Source of the DNA: the human T2T-CHM13v2.0 reference genome, Homo sapiens
Direction: 5' to 3' (one strand)
NCBI RefSeq assembly: GCF_009914755.1
Contig: NC_060937.1
Length of the DNA: 64,000 nt
In this document: positions 47,633-64,000 of the stretch, piece after piece
How the letters are laid out: each line of letters starts with the position of its first letter
Position numbering within the stretch: position 1 is the stretch's first letter
Notes under the pieces: generated by a model
The model's input: the letters and a program-made list of their open reading frames with translations, nothing else
Told to the model about the DNA's origin: nothing
The model's database searches: none
Translations under genes and position numbers: made by a program

Positions 47633-50600
47633 AGTTGTTTAATACCCTGTTGTTTATAATAGATAAAAGAAATGTTTATTTTGTTTAAATTCCTATTATT
47701 CATTTGTTACTAGTAGCCTGGTACAATTTTAACTTATACCCAAAGCTACATACAGTCTTTTCAATTTCACTTGTTAATTCCTCTGTGTTAACAGGTTATT
47801 TTGTGCTGTACACTTTAACTTTCATAATTGTAATATTAATGTAAAGAAAAGCCTTTTTGAAACCCAAAACAAAATTTGAACTGTCTTGTAGATGCCAAAA
47901 AAGGGAGTTTCAACCAGACAAGAGTTTAGGAGAGTATTTTGATGGAAAGAAGATAGCAACCATAGGACTCGGTTGTAGACATCCAGAAGATGGTGCAAAA
48001 CAGTAGCTGCATTTCAGCAGAAGCCCAATGGATGTGGACAACAATGGCTTAACAGAGGTAACAGGCTGCCATGAGCTTCATAAAAACAAATTCATGACAC
48101 TAATTGACTTATTTAATATGAGAAGAATCAAGATTTTCACACTCAAGTTGAGGACATACTTAAATTAGCCAACCAAATAAATGTATGTAATACAACAATA
48201 CCCTTTTTGGAAGCTAGGGAAGCAGTATTTTTTACTGGTAGAGATCAAAAAATTTTCCCTAAGTGAGTGTTGTATACTTTGTGAATGTGTGAATATATGA
48301 ATGAGTCAGAGGGCAAGTCTTTAGGAATTTTCTTTGTAACTCTGAGTAAAACAGTAGTGTCAATATTCCCTTGGGTTAATGTAAGCAGATCTGCTATTAA
48401 TACTAGGCAAAAAAAGGAAATAATTCTTGAACTTTCTCATATTTTATATATTATGGTAAATTATGCTGAATGAATTTTAAAAATTAGTAATTGTGAAATG
48501 TAAATTTAATTTTCTTAAAATATATCAGGACTATACTATAGTTTAAAATTCATGAAAAATTATAAGAAGTTTACATTTATTGACAAAAATTAAAACTATA
48601 GAACTCTTGAATCACCAAACCTAATTTCATACTTCGGCGATAATTCTGTGTGAACAGTATTTCCAAAGAGATGAATTAATGTATGTAGTCTATTAAAGTT
48701 CCTTGTGAGAGTGAGATAATTCTATAAATACATAAAGAAGTTTATAATTAAACAAAACAACTTTCATTATATATTGACACTGCATGATTAATAACTGCTT
48801 TCTAAATTTGTGATGCTTACTATATATACTTGTATTACATTTCAAATATTAACATAATTTTCTCAACATATATTTAAACATGTGTTTTCTATAAGATACA
48901 TGCTAGATAGTGTAAGTCTCTACATGAAGCCGAAACTGTAGAACCTTCTCCTTTTAGGGAATTTATACTACAATTTTAGACTGCCTTCTGATGTTAATTT
49001 AAACTTATTTCAAATAGAATACTTAATTAGTAAAACAAATCCAACTCTACAGCATGTTTGGATGAAAAAACAATAAAGACTGCATCCAGAGAAAAAACAC
49101 CCAATATAGAAAACAACAATTTTATATATCTTTCTCTACTTATATTCTTACCATTCTGTTTTATAATTCCAAGTTGGATCTATTTCTGTACTCAAAAACA
49201 GAATAGTATTTGCCACTCTTCAAAGACAGGATGCTTTTTTAGAAATTTGTGTCTTTTTTTCATATGGTTTTCTCTTTCCGTCTTCCACCTATTAAACATA
49301 GATAGCATTCAATACCTTGGTTAAGTATGATATTTTATGTGAAGCTTTCTGTGACCATAAAAGATCATTAAATTTCTTCCTCCTTTGAATTTTATATATT
49401 TGCGCATCTCATTTAATTCCTACAATAAACCTACTTCCTTTGATAGGCATAAACACCTTCCAATTTATTGATAAGAAAACAAAGTTATAGAAATCATAGA
49501 CCTTTATCACTGTCATTGAACGACAACAACAAAAATATGTGTTAAAGGTTGCTTTTATTTAAGCCAGTGTCAATTAAAATTCTAGTTCTTTCTACTATCC
49601 TAAACTACAATGTTACTTCTCTCTCTCTCTCTCTCTCTGGCGGCCCTTATGACAAATGGATTGCCTTCCAATTCCATGTAAGTGTATCATTTTCAGTAAA
49701 TTATCGATGTGTTTTCTGTGAGAAGAAAATATATTTTATAGTATCTATAGACCCAGCACTCAGCAATTTCCTGACACACAGTAGGTGCCAAATGAATATT
49801 TATTTATCTGACCTGGAAAAAGACTCTATTTGTCAAGACGTGCTCCCCTATTTAATTTATGGAAAAGTGTCTTTTGCATTTTTTGAAGATTTTCCAGGAA
49901 ATAAATTGCTTTTGAATGCTCACATTATTCCATTTTGACACACTTGGAAAGATTATGAGAAGCCCTGTAACTAATATAATCAAAGTAGTATGACTTAAAG
50001 GATTCACTGACTTGCAGAGCTTGAGAAAGCATTTGGCAACCTTAACTTAGCTCACTGATAGGAACTAACACTTTTAATAGTTCTGTCAGAATGCCTAGAT
50101 ACTTCTCTGAGAGATGCTACAGGAATTTTTATACATCAACAGTAGTAGATATAAATTATTGTTGTTTCCTTCATGTCTTAATATGTGTAACTGATACTGA
50201 TCTTCAGGGATTGTTATCAGTTGTATTTGACGGCCATTACCATGTATTTGGGAAATACAAAAAGAGCATCTTTAAGTACAGTGGAACACCACAGTGCATG
50301 GCATATCAAGTCATTTACACTTTTTTGGCAGCTTCCTGGAGTATAGCAATGTCGTTTCCTGCCATTAACAGATGGAGTCTCAATGTGAGAACTGCTACTG
50401 TAAAACCTGCAATATGTCAGGTTAAAGATTAAGTGAAATCAATGTTAGAGGGTGCTATCATCTTATATATTAAAATTGTACGTAATGTGCAGATTATAAG
50501 CTTCATGAATTTACTTATTTAAAAAATAAGATTTATGGCAAAAACTTCAATATAGATAAGTCACATTAGGGAAACAAACTTACGTCCCTGATGTGAGTGA

Positions 50601-51954
50601 CAGATGCTATCAAAGCTGTACAACATCATGCTTCTCTGCTTTTCAAATTAAAGATGTACAAAACAAGAACAATTTTATGGGTTGCTGTTAAGGTTGATGA
50701 ACCGAGAAGTTGACAGCTTTTAAAATGTTTTAAGTGTGTATAATTGTGTGCATTAACATCAAGAATTTCTCTTCCCGCTTTTTCCAGATAAATGGCTTCG
50801 TGTCAAACACATTGTTTCAACTTTCAAAAATTTAAAGGGCAAGTGGCTTGAAATATATGGGGCTAAGACACGTATTTTTGTCCTTAAGTTTAAATTCAAA
50901 TATGTTTATAATTATGAAAATAATTTGATTGCCAAATTAGACTCAGTTCAGAGATTTTGCCCCTTATTTTAATGATTCAATAAATAAACAAAGGAGAAAC
51001 AGGGAGAGGTCAGAGTGATTCCTTCCTTCACATATCAAACATAAGCTCTTTGGCCCTGAGCAATGTATGGGGCCTTTAGCAGGGGATACATGTTAGTTAC
51101 TGTATAAATGGCAAAACAGCTCTACTTTGTATCCCAGACTTTGTAGACTTGGTATAGCTTATGTAATATGTTACCAAAAGTCATACCTCATCATTCCCTA
51201 TATCCTAGGTTTGCTTTGCCTACGCAATGCTAAACCAAGGGTAGCCTGCTAAATGAATTTCCTAAAAATCCCTCTTCATCTAAAATATATTTTGCCTATT
51301 TATAGGAGATTGATCATTAGCAGCTTCGTAAAAAAAATTAGGTTGGGTTATCTGCTTTCATTCCTTTCAGGTAGCACCTTCCATCAGTTAATCAAGAAAT
51401 AAATAAATTAAAGGCCATGTGTATTATCTTCTTCTCCAACCATTAGCAAGTCAGTGATCAGTTCTGTATAAATTCTGTGATCAGGTAAAAAAGAAAGCTA
51501 CTACCTTTGATAAGGGATCACAAATGTATGTATTCAGCAAACAGAAGCAAGGAAATAAAAGTTATATTAAATCAGTTTTAATACCTATGTTTAATTAAAT
51601 TTAAAAGAAATAAAATGGTTCTAGACCACATTAAGTATTTGGTAAGCTTATCAACATGCATGATATAAACATACTTATATAGAGTGATGTCACATTCTTA
51701 TAAAATCATTATGATTTTCAAACAACAAAAAAACTGCAATTTATGGAGCAATTCTGGCAATTGAGTCAGATAGTCTGAGGAAATGATTCAAGGGAAAAAA
51801 TTACTAAGTACCAGACAGGCACTTAATTTGTAGAAGCAATTAAAAAGTTAATCAGACCTCATCCTCTCATTCATATTACACAGACCTTGAAAATGTGCAA
51901 TTTGCATTCCTTGTTGAATAGTAGTAAAGTGTTTGCATTTACCTTGCCAGTGTA

Positions 51955-52440
51955 CAGAGCTGGCATCGTAGATAAGCAACCAGTGCAGTCACACAAAACC
52001 CCAATGTAGAAAGAGTTTAATGCTCTGTGGTTGCCATCTTGAAATTCACAATAATTTTATCTTTGAATGTGTGCTTTGTATGTGAAGTCAGATGAGACAA
52101 TGAAGCATATGCTGGGGCTTGGAGTCTCGGTTCACACATGGCTATTCCACACTGCCTCCTTCCACTCCTGGGTCGGGTTCTCAGCTGCCTATTTCCTGAC
52201 TTTTGGTGCTCCATGCAATGCCCATCAGCAGCCTGTGACTCTGCCACTCTCTGCCCCAATTGGAGTGTGGGTGTGGGCTTAGGGAAAGCTGGGACCATCT
52301 TGGTGGGGAGCAAGGGAGTATCTGGCAGCACCACCGCACATTCGTCAGAAGAATAGGTGGGAGCCTCTTGCCCACACCCACAACAGGTACCAATTGTGTT
52401 GTATAACACAATGTAATAATCACAGGAAGTAGTTGCCAAG
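51955..52440. mobile_element. MER45-family (hAT-Tip100) fragment
   Basis: cagagctggc...gtgcagtcacaca...tttaatgctctgtggttgccatcttgaaattc...ttttatctttgaa. Confidence 0.65.
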
Positions 52441-53357
52441 CTGAAGGCTATCCTTCATAACAACAAAAAAATAACATTGGCTTTATCAAAACCTGAAAGC
52501 TTGCTTAAGAGACTTCAAAATTCTAAGATGTAGGCCTCAGAGGTGTTATCTAGCTAGTAATGATATCTGTGGAGTCCAGAGGAAGGGCTTAATAGAGATG
52601 AGATTCAGGTCAGGGCAAGGGCCATTGCTAGGGGGAAGCTTATAGGACTAGCAAGTAAACTGGAAGAAGTAAGTCATTTTTCCCTTTTTGGCCTTCAAGT
52701 CTCCATCTGAAGCCACCAAATAGCAAAATATAATGGAGAACCCTCTGTCAAAGGAGGAAGGTGATGTGAGCATTGGGGTGAACAAAACCTTCATCTCTAA
52801 ACTATCTGTAGCCTCAGTGATCCTACCCACACTTGCATTGATAGCTGTAATGTTTCATTAACTTTTGCTAGTGGACATGGAAGTATTAACAGGTGACCTA
52901 TGAATAGATTGCCCCATACCAAAGATATAGGAACAAACTAATTTCTCCATAATAATTAGGACCAGCTATACTAGCCCATATAGTAACCTCCTTCTTTGCC
53001 TTTGGCCAGTGATATAGGAGACTAAAACTAATAAGTGTGTCTCTTAACTTCAGGTTCAATGTATATCTTATAATTAGTGACATAAATGAGGCTTCAATGA
53101 TCCATTCCGGGAATGTGGATATATGGCAAACCATTTGAATATCACAAATTTAAGCCCATTGATAAACTCTTTGTTCTGTTAAATAGTATGTAAATATTTA
53201 GATCTGAATGCTGTGTTAGTTTTCTTCTGTTTTTTTTTTTTTTGTAAATGGTCTAGATATAAATTTTATCAGCTGATGTCTTAATGTTAACAACATTTTG
53301 ATTTTTATATTGTTGTGTTATTATAGTAGCTATGTATACCTTTTGACTGTGTATTTC

Positions 53358-53753
53358 TGTACTAGTCCATTCTTAACACTGCTATAAAGAACTAAGACTG
53401 GGTAATTTATGAAAAAAAAAAAAAAAAGAGGTTTAACTGACTCACAGTTCCACAGGCTTAACAGGAATCATGACTGGGAGGCCTCAGGAAACGTACAATC
53501 ATGGCAGAAGGGAAAGAAGAAGCAATCACATCTTACCATGGTGGAGGAGGAGAGAGAGAGAGAATGGGGGGAAAGTGCCGCACATTTTAAACCATAAGAT
53601 CTTGTGAGAATTCACTCACTATCACGAGAACTCACTCACTATCATGAGAAGAGCAAAGGAGAAATCTGCCCCCACGATCCAATCACCTCTCACCAGGCCC
53701 CTCCTCCAATTCAGCATGAGATTTTGGCAGGGACACAAATCCAAACCATATAA
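53358..53753 (-). mobile_element. MSTA-like solo LTR
   Basis: tgtactagtccattct...gggacacaaatccaaaccata; 5-bp TSD atttc; internal 20-bp tandem duplication at ~53606-53650. Confidence 0.9.
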
Positions 53754-55024
53754 ATTTCTTTCTCACTTTTAAATGTGTTGCATTTTTCTGAACCAGAAAT
53801 AATGGGTATATAGGCCGAAGTTAAAGGTTTTGATAACTTTCTGTAGCTCTCACTTCATAGGTGCCTTTTTCAATTATGTTCTTAATTTTACAATTAATTT
53901 TACTTTCTGTAGAAACCTTAACTTCTACTACCTGCTTCTATTTTTCCCCTTTCTTCCTAGTTCCACTGGACATATTCTCCTTCCAAGCTGTATCACTCCC
54001 AAATGTAAAAGTTTGTTACTTCTGAGTCTAGTGTTTTTGTCCTGCATTGTTCCATACGTATGGTATTTTTGAGGAAATGTTAAGAGATTTGAAATCAGGC
54101 AACTGTCATAATTCTGTACGAACCCAAGCATTTCGGGTATTTTGAATCACACAAGACAGCATTATTTTTACTATTATTACTTAAGTTTTTGTCTTCAGTC
54201 AGCATTCACTAAGAGTTTTGCACATAATTGCCTGTTTGAGGATTTTAAGTTTCTTCAAAATTTTCATATTTCTATTTGGAATGCTTTATTTTCTACCTGA
54301 AGTAACAGCATTAGTATGACTATTGCAGGTCTATAGATGACGAATTCATATTTATTTGTCCAAAAGTGTCTTGAAATTTCACTTTGAGGAATATCTTTAT
54401 TAAATTTAGATTTCTGGGTTGGAAGATATTTTTTCATCCTTTGAGATGGCAATTTCAGGGTCTCCTGAGCTCCATTGTTTCATTTGGAAAATTATTTCTT
54501 AAATTTAGCATTGTTCCTTTAAAATAATATTTCTGTCTAGCCTACATTTAGAATTTTATCTTTTTTTAATGTTCACATACTTCGGTATGACATGCTTAGA
54601 TGTAGTTTCCTTTTTATTTATTATGACTCAGATTTTTAAAGATTGCTCTATCTCACGATTGACATTCTTTAATAGTTTGAGAAAATTTCAAACACAAGTT
54701 TTGTATTCTCTCAATTCTTATCTTCTAGAATTTCTTCTAGAACTATGTCAGCTTGCAATATATCAGATTTTTTGCTATTTTTCATGTGTTCTTTATGTTT
54801 CTGACATTTTACTGTCTATCTGAATATTGTCTATTGATATCATTTTCAGTTAACAAATCTGTAAAGACTAATCTGTTAAATTTTTTATGGATTTTTAAAA
54901 AGTTATATTATACAATACTCACGTTTAAATTTAATATTTAATGCATTGCTATTCCTGGTGAAATTCTCTTTTTATTTACTTCTTAGTTATTTAAATATCA
55001 CGTTAATAAAACTTTAATACCTAC

Positions 55025-55445
55025 TGATATGGTTTGAATCTTTGTCCCCACCCAAATATCATGTTCAATTGTAACTCCAATGTTGGAGGTGGGGCTTGGT
55101 GGGAGGTTGTTGTATCATGGTGGTGGATGTTTTATGAATGGTTTAGCACCGTCCCTTTGGTGCTGTTTTCATAATGGACTTGTCAGGAGACCTGGTTGTT
55201 TAAAAGTGTGTGGCACCTTCACTTTCTCTCGGTCCTGCTCCTGCCATGTAAGATGCCTGCTCCCACTTTGTCTTTTATCATGAGTGAAAGCTCCCTGAGA
55301 ACTTGCCAGAAGCTGATACTGCTATGCTTCCTGCAGAGCCTGCAGAACCATAAGCCAGTTAAATCTTTTGTCTTTCTTTATAAATTACCCAGTCTCAAGC
55401 AGTCTCAGGTGTGTCTTTATAACAGTGTGAGAACAGACTAATACA
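55025..55445 (+). mobile_element. MSTA/B-like solo LTR
   Basis: tgatatggtttgaatc...acagactaataca; perfect 5-bp TSD cctac. Confidence 0.9.
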
Positions 55446-56229
55446 CCTACATTAGTTCTCATTATTTTTCATTTATTTTCCCTAATGATATCTATTTTTT
55501 AACAAAATATTGACAATGCATAATTTTGTAATTCCGTTATCTATGGTTTTAATATTTTAATTAAATATTTTAATTAATATTTTGATATTGACAAAACAAA
55601 TATAATTTTAAATTATAAGCTACTGCCAGTACTTGTAGATAAAACTAAAAATCGCTCAAGAATTTAGAAGTTAGGACAGAAATTTGCTTTCCAAGTGAGG
55701 TCTATAATATCAGCAAAATAGTGTATTTGTATGATTGCTGGGCCACAGTGTAGAATTAAATACTAATAATTAAGTAACTCTTTTCTGTGAACCTCAGAGC
55801 ACAAAATTCACATTCAAAACTCTTCAAATACCACATTCTACACATTTACTTTGGCTCACTCAAGATTGGCAAAATTTAGGTTCGTTATAGGTAATGTAGT
55901 AGCAATGAAACACAAATAGCTTTATCTAATTTTCTTTAATCTCATTAACTAATAAAAAAGAACACTCCTCATAAAAATCTTAATGAACGAAAGGGACATA
56001 TTTTTGTAGTATATTTGGTAAATAATGAAGTGATCTGTCAAATATAAATAACTCTGCTCAAGTCTTCCTAAATCTCTTGCTATTGGTCTCATGACAAAAT
56101 GCTTTTATTTTCATTGAGTGAATTTGTTGAGCTATCATATTATCTCTGTTGAGTTAAAATCTTTGGTTATTCAATTTTAAAAAGATAAACTATCCAAAGA
56201 ATTAAGCACCTGTCCCCTAAAATGTCACA

Positions 56230-58810
<2,581 letters not shown>

Positions 58811-59899
58811 TGTCTTTCAAAAATGTCTGCAAAATGCTATTTACTTAACAAAAAATAATACAAAATAATGAAGAGACCCAGAACCACAATATAAATGGTA
58901 ATTCCTGTTAAAGAGCTGCTTCAATTTTTGATAAATGATTTTCACCATCCTTAAGAATTCCAAGCCAAGGTAGCACAATAGAAATAATGTCTCTGAAAGT
59001 CCCAGTTCTGTTCTGTCAATTAGCAGGTTTGTATGAACTATTAAACATTATGGCACATTGCTATGGGTATTTTTCTAACAATAAGTCATATTTCAATGGA
59101 TGTACCACATTCTTAAATTATTTTTCTTACCGTTGCACAGAAACCTGCACTCAAGCAGGGCTTTCAAATGAACAACCAGATCCAATACTGCAATTTCTTA
59201 TTTCACTGGATTAAAATTATCAGGCACTTTTAAGATACCTATGTTTTGTAATATTTATAATGTGACTAAATTTCAAATATCAAATAAAAATGTAACAATT
59301 CTAAAAGAGGACAAAATATCATGACTATTTTATTCATAATTACATTATCTCCAACATTTTTCAATTATTGATACATCAGTGAATTAGCCAAAAACATATG
59401 ATTAAAGAATACATTTTAAATTGCAGTGCAAACAACCTATAATACAGATACACAAGGGAGTGAGATCAATTATATCACAAGGAGTAAGTTCTACATGAGA
59501 AGGATATTGAGATTTTATATGCCTTATTTAAAAGAGGGGGAATTGTTTTGGAAAAAGGTACTTGGATCTTCCAAAGTCAATTCAGAAAGATAGCATCACC
59601 CCATAACATTCTTAACCACTTCTAGTTGATACAGTGGTTAACATATCAAACAGAGTGCTATATCATTTTCATCCCATTTGGAAATTTCTCTTTTATATAG
59701 ATTATCAGGATATCTGGGGTTTTATCAAATCTGAATGTTTATCCATAACCCACTCATTAAATAACTAGGTTTTATTTCTGGGCTGGGGTTTTAAGGTAAG
59801 CAATCTTTTTTTAAATTTTCTTTTCTATTCAGTCTTTCAAATAGCCTGTCTTCAGCTGTCACTTCAGGATATGTTTTAGTCTTATTTTATAAGTGGTCA

Positions 59900-61200
59900 G
59901 TCAATCATGGTGGTCCAATTCAGCAACCACTCTTAATGTAGGGATAAAGCATGAAGTGCCCAATGTACGGTTAAACCAGCAGCAGCAGTTGTGATATCAG
60001 TAGATTTTGATGCAGTTTTGTCAGAAGCTGATGTCACTCTTTAATCACAGAGTTTGGAAGGCTGTGCAATACTTCCCTGTGAGATGGTAGGTTTTTGTCA
60101 GTTCGTTGCAACCACTTTGAAAATCAGGCTGCTATATAGCCTTGCGTGACTTTGCTGATAAGACTGTGTCAGCTCACCTGTTTTCAACTTTCCTTCTGCA
60201 TTTTTCTGAGAGGCTAACAGCATGAGTAAAAGCAAAACCAGTAGTTCCATTCTCTTTCATTCTAGCCAAGTATAAGGTCTCTGGGCTCCTCTGTTTGGCA
60301 AGTTTTCACTGTAGCCTCCATAAAAGGCATTTGACCAAATGAGTCACACCAGTAGTAACATCACTCTCATCAACCCAGGAACAGCAGTATTTCTGGTCAA
60401 GCCCATTACAGGTACAATGAGGGGAAAAGGTATTTTTTTCTTTTGGCAAGAAGTTTAACCTCACACAAACCTTCATTTGGCCCCAACAAGAAAGAGATTT
60501 ATCCCCTGTCTAATGTCATAGGGTTTTGCCAACAGACTATAATTTGTTTGGCCCCTTCATCCAAGCATCAAGATCTTCATTTTACAGTCTAGTTAAGATT
60601 TACCAATTAAAGGTCATAATTTAGTGCAAGGACAAATGTGTCTGAAAAGGTGTTACTGACCCTTTACGTTTACAGTGCAGTCCTATAAACCTTGATTACC
60701 CTATTTAACATAGAAAAGAGACAAATTGATTCATCTGCGACCACTAGGACTTGAACTATCTAATAGGTGTTAATGTCTCTTGTATCCCTTAACCAATTAG
60801 ATTTTTCTTTTGGCTAATTAATTTTTATAGAACCCATAAAATCTTCTTACTCTGGGGATTGTAAACAAGTTTATATCAAAAGATGTTAGAACACGGGATA
60901 AAATCAAGGCATGTTGAGTTGGGCTTATATATCCCCAGTTATTTCTTATTCACAGTGTATTCATTTACGTAATTGGATAAAATATATATGGTTAAAATAT
61001 TTCTGTACCAAGGTAAAATTTCCCTTACATTGACCATAACCACTCCCATCTGGGGTACTCATTAATTAATCGATTTGTCTGAAGGATGCATACTTTCCCA
61101 TTCTGAGGATCCTGTAATGTTCTTTCTTATAAGCTGAACATCTGATGTTTTCATCTAGTGGAAGGTCAATTTGCAACTTGCTTGATGAAGTAAATGTTGT
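59900..61200 (-). mobile_element. Possible ancient LTR-retroelement internal remnant (integrase-like, then env-like start)
   Basis: Colinear minus-strand motifs CSAY, QID (61069-61077), YNPQS (60849-60863), TPFQ, WMKGP (60549-60563), then MELLVLLLLMLLA from 60250; many stops and frameshifts. Confidence 0.4.
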
Positions 61201-61627
61201 ATAGGACATCAAAACAATCCCAAACATCATTATAAAATAGGTTTATCTGACAAAAAATAATAACTAAACTAAACAAAAACAATATGTTGAAGAGAACCAT
61301 AGCATATCTGGGGGTTCTCATTAAAGAACAATTTTTCTTCTCTCTCTAGTAAAGACATGTCAACTTCCCTAAGTATTGTAAACAGAGTTAATGTAGGGGA
61401 GTAAATACACCTAAATGTCCCAGCTGGGTTCCTTCTATTGGCTGTAGTCTCTGCACTATTAGAAATTATATCACATTGTTATGAGGATTTGTATAATAAT
61501 AATTCAGGGTTAAACAGGTAAGTTGAGTTCTTATTCTATTTTTTTTTTTTTTTTACCATTACGCAGCTATGCATCCACACTGCAGCTCTATGGCCTCAGA
61601 AGACTAACACGGATATTGTGTTAGTTG

Positions 61628-61705
61628 TTATATGTTATATATAAGTGTTATATATAAGTGTTTTATATATATATATATATAACTGTTATAACAATTGTTA
61701 TATGG
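61628..61705. repeat. (TA)-rich low-complexity repeat
   Basis: Directly visible. Confidence 0.8.
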
Positions 61706-61789
61706 CCAAGGTCTTGTTGCTGTGACATCCCAAATGAGGGATAGGTGAGGGGCAGGTAAAGGATGCTGCCTATGCAGCTGGCTTGTGCA

Positions 61790-62030
61790 GCAAATGGAGA
61801 GTGTTGCCATTCCCTGAGGTAAGACACCTAAACTTAGTATAATTGGAGACGAAAATGACATGGCAAGTTTTGTATATGTTAGATTTTGAAGTGAAATTAG
61901 CAAAGATAAATATTCAGTAGGTAAGCTGGTGTTCACTATTTAAGAGATAGGAATATATGCATACTAGTTGAAACTGTAGAAATGAATGAAGTTCCACAGG
62001 AAGATTAAGTAGAGTAAGAATAGAATGTCT
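61790..62030 (-). mobile_element. L2 fragment
   Basis: gttgccattccctgag...agttttgtatatgttagattttgaagtg...gttgaaactgtagaaatgaatga. Confidence 0.55.
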
Positions 62031-62315
62031 TGTTTTTTTAACTTAGGGTAGCTTTTCTTAACCAGGTCCTGTGAGACAAGTACATCTCAAGGTTTAAGAC
62101 TGTCACCATATACAATGAACTAAAGTCCTATGTAACTAAAATGGTATTAGCTAAGTATCAACTTTGTGAGAATTTAGAAAATATTGACACAAATAATTTA
62201 GAATTAATGTCATGACAACTTACATGAAATATAAAGAAAACCCTTCAATGATGTAATTCTAAATATCACTGCCTATTTTGCTATGAATTTGTAGATTTTA
62301 CTTCTATGTATATTT

Positions 62316-62637
<322 letters not shown>

Positions 62638-62699
62638 TAAACCCCACGGTACACTTTTTGTCTCAAACATGCAAATGTCTTTTAAATAAATTAGGAGAA

Positions 62700-64000
62700 C
62701 AAATGGTATTTTATATTTGTGCATATTTACTGTCACTAGCGTCCTTTAATATTTACCCTACATTCAAATGTCCATCAGGTTCCATTTCATTCATCTTAAA
62801 AACCTCCCTAGAGCATTTGTTTTAGTGAAGGTCAACTGGCTTCAAATCCTCACAGATGTGATCTATCTGAAAATGCCTTTATTTACTTGCATTTTCTAAG
62901 GATATTTTCATTAAATATACGATCCTGAGTTTGTCCTCTCATTGTTCAGCACTTTGCGCTTTTTCATTAACCTCTCAAAAGTAAACCATCATTCATTTAG
63001 TTGCTTTCCTACGTATAATACGTCTTTTTTAGCCCTCTTCAGGCATTTTCAAAAATTTTCTTATTATTTTATGTTCGGCATTCAGTTATAACGTGTCTAG
63101 GTATGGCATTATTTGTATTTAAAATGCTTACAGTTAATCCATCTTGGAATTAGAGCTTTGATGTTTTAATTTTAAATTTTGGAACATTTTGACTTTGCTT
63201 CATTAAATATTTGTCTCCCTTTGCCTCTGTCTCTGTCCCTCTCTCTTTATTCCCCCAACTCCCTTTCTTTCCTTACTGAGTATCAGTGATGCTCTGTTTC
63301 TTTATCTTTGACTATTTTCTCTCATTCCTGCCAGTCAGACAATTCCTACCAATATATCTAGAAGTTTATTGACTCTTATTTCTGTTATTTCCAATCTGCT
63401 GTTATGTTTATACAGTAAATTTTAAATATCAGATATTATATGTATGTTCCATCTGGTTCTTTTATAACTTATTAATTAATGTTTTTATTTTGTCTAAAAC
63501 AAAGTTACTGGTAGACCTTTTTAACCCTTTCAGTGTGATTTTGATTTTTGTTGTAACTTGCTTATTTTTGTTATGTCTTTAGTCAATTTTCTTATCCAAG
63601 GGTGTAAGTCTTTACTGCTAAGGCATGACCTTTCTGAGGTTTCTGCTGAATGTGCAATGTACACAGTGAGGTCTCTCTAACCAGGCTGGGACAGGATCCC
63701 TGCACCTCCCAGGCCTGCATGATCTCTGACACCTCTGCTTGGCTCCCAGTCCCTCAGAAATAACTCATCCAAAAGCCCCATGAACATTCACCCTGCCTGC
63801 GTGCAGCTAATTCCTCAGCCAAGAACAAATGGTAACCCCTGCTTACCCTCTGGGGCTTCAGCACTGTGTAGTCATGTTCTCTGTCATATCCTGCCCATAA
63901 ATTCTAGCTTCAGTAGCACCAAATCTTGCCTTTTCAGTTCAGCAAAACTGCATACTACATTGAAGCACAACACCCCAGCTAACAGAGAGTGTGTATGTCT
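62700..64000 (-). mobile_element. Degenerate ancient L1M ORF1/5' region
   Basis: tgaaggtcaactggcttcaaatcctc, tctgttatttccaatctgctgtta; T-rich strand bias. Confidence 0.45.

Noticed and set aside
47750-51900. Repeat-poor stretch as a possible exon or enhancer
   Set aside because: No recognisable ORF, splice structure or CpG island; conservation cannot be judged from the sequence alone
52017-52439. GC-richer patch with overlapping ORFs
   Set aside because: Lies within a MER45-family transposon remnant
55548-55585. AT-only quasi-palindrome
   Set aside because: Expected by chance or slippage in very AT-rich DNA

Overview
Gene-poor, AT-rich primate genomic DNA, most likely human given an AluYb8-like element. 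It is dominated by interspersed repeats: Alu, L1 of many ages, L2/MIR, MaLR, ERV1 and ERVL LTR elements, and Tigger/hAT DNA transposons. The only host-gene-derived sequence is a 5'-truncated, multiply disabled processed pseudogene of FAR1 (fatty acyl-CoA reductase 1) with its long 3' UTR (~33.2-38.0 kb). No intact protein-coding gene, RNA gene or CRISPR array is supported, and I see no convincing new biological system. The most notable items are structural. (1) Two short local direct duplications, each copied 1-2 kb upstream of its apparent source; one has a patchwork filler resembling templated DNA repair. (2) A classic twin-primed L1 with TSD. (3) A second inverted L1 remnant welding a truncated Tigger1 to a truncated HERV-L. 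(4) An Alu-tail/FAR1 fusion junction. (5) A triple-nested L2/AluJ/AluSc with adjacent inverted arms. (6) An Alu with Yb8 diagnostics but lacking the Yb 7-bp duplication. (7) A very degenerate integrase plus possible env-like remnant near 60-61 kb. Repeat subfamily calls come from recalled consensus sequences and need RepeatMasker/Dfam confirmation; boundaries of old elements are approximate.
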